A model generated the notes under the pieces. That model searched no databases, was not told the DNA's origin, and saw nothing but the letters and a program-made list of their open reading frames with translations. Position numbers and translations under genes: made by a program. Below are positions 62,871-64,000 of a stretch of 64,000 bases of DNA, one piece after another. The DNA is from Tubulanus polymorphus. Its lineage: Eukaryota > Animalia > Nemertea. Where the stretch lies: contig NC_134033.1 in assembly GCF_964204645.1 (NCBI RefSeq), positions 12,594,655 to 12,658,654 of the forward strand, in the 5' to 3' direction. Every line of letters starts with the position of its first letter. Position 1 is the stretch's first letter.

Positions 62871-64000
62871 TTCCTGGTTCGGACGTGTGGGTTTACGAGA
62901 AACACGTTTTCGGTAATAACAACGTGCTCAACAAATTGATTCCCTGTTTCTCTGCGCCGTGTGCAAAACCAACTGCGCGTTTCGGACGAATCGGGTACAT
63001 CGGTCAAAATACTTGTATTAAAAATTGTATCAACGTCAAAAATGTCCGCGGTATTTCATATGAAATAATCGGCTTGTCGATGTAATGAAAACCAGAGCAC
63101 GAGTGAAGAGAGACACTAAGTGCGTATATAATGTAAATACGGGTAGGATTGACTTTCAAGCGCCGGATGCAATTAGTTAAAAGCGTTTCGGTCATCCATC
63201 ACGATCGTGTCAACCCCGACGCAGATTTCGTCTGATCTAATATCGTTAAATCATCAACTAATAATGCCGATCTACGGCCCCGCCTGCCAGGGCTGAATTC
63301 TATCAACCACAAAACAACTGGGATCATCTTAGAGAAGACCAATCTCCGACTCCACTTACCAGGGCTGGAATCGACTACGTAGACTGGTCGCCGGTCTCTA
63401 TTTTCAAATCGATTTTATATTCTGACTGATGTGATGCATGTTGGTGCAAAATTCCAAAAGAAACCAGTCTAAAACTTATGAGACCGATCCATCCAAAGCG
63501 TCAACCGCTAAGGAGGCCGGATTCATCCAACCAAATAAACTTGTGATAAAATTGTCGTTATTCTTTTCTAATTTGTTTTTGATTAAAGGTTTACAGAAGA
63601 AACATAACGTTCCAGATGTAGTTCTAGACTTCACGTGTTTTATACTGAAAAATTCCGATTTCAACAAACAAATCAAGGTATAATTATAGGCTTCAGTTCC
63701 AGGCATACGTAGAACGTAAAGTTTCAAAATAAATTGGCAGTCGTTATCAAAATGAAATTCTTAATAAAAGCTCATTCAGGCTTTCGGAAAAATTTCATAA
63801 TAGAATAGTTTTGTACGTTTTGAAGGAACGACGCCAGTTGTGTTTTTGGTTTGAAAATGGAACGCTGTACAGCGAAAAGAACGAAAAGGCGAACCGGTTT
63901 TTAGTCGAGTTACTAGATCCGGAAACTTTCCCGCAAGGTAAAACCGACATTTTTAGATTCTAGGGAGCTTTTCTAAATTATCAATTGTATGTATCATTAG

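Noticed and set aside
63360-63397. Possible 38-nt minus-strand exon ending in GTAAGT
   Set aside because: No partner exons; it contains GGCGACCAGTCTA, also seen at 20404-20443, suggesting repeat origin.

Overview
Eukaryotic (invertebrate animal, probably spiralian by inference) genomic DNA with spliceosomal GT-AG introns; most short ORFs in the track are exon fragments or antisense shadows. Genes from left to right: (1) the 3' end of a giant gene whose >8.4 kb exon encodes acidic, Thr-rich 'ETDRFGN(V/I)ITTT' repeats, spliced to a terminal plectin/plakin-repeat exon (+, <1-9513); (2) a BOK-like Bcl-2 family gene (-) with three candidate alternative first coding exons; (3) an intronless LicD-family gene (+); (4) RBMX2 (+, 5 exons); (5) an ABCC5/MRP5-like transporter (-, about 29 coding exons, 25470-49019), with a nested antisense coiled-coil/10-aa-repeat/propeller gene and its relic duplicate in one intron; (6) an intronless class A GPCR (-) with a pseudogene remnant of a paralogue; (7) an intron-containing tRNA-Tyr with an atypical discriminator base; (8) the probable first two coding exons of an unidentified gene (+, from 61557). 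Non-coding DNA contains MITEs (piggyBac-like with TTAA, Harbinger-like with CWG), SINE and LINE fragments, minisatellites (two apparently derived from MITE ends), long perfect inverted repeats and minimal Penelope-type hammerhead motifs, one inside a 96-bp insertion flanked by a 13-bp duplication. All calls come from manual reading, without database searches; internal exon boundaries may be off by a few bases.
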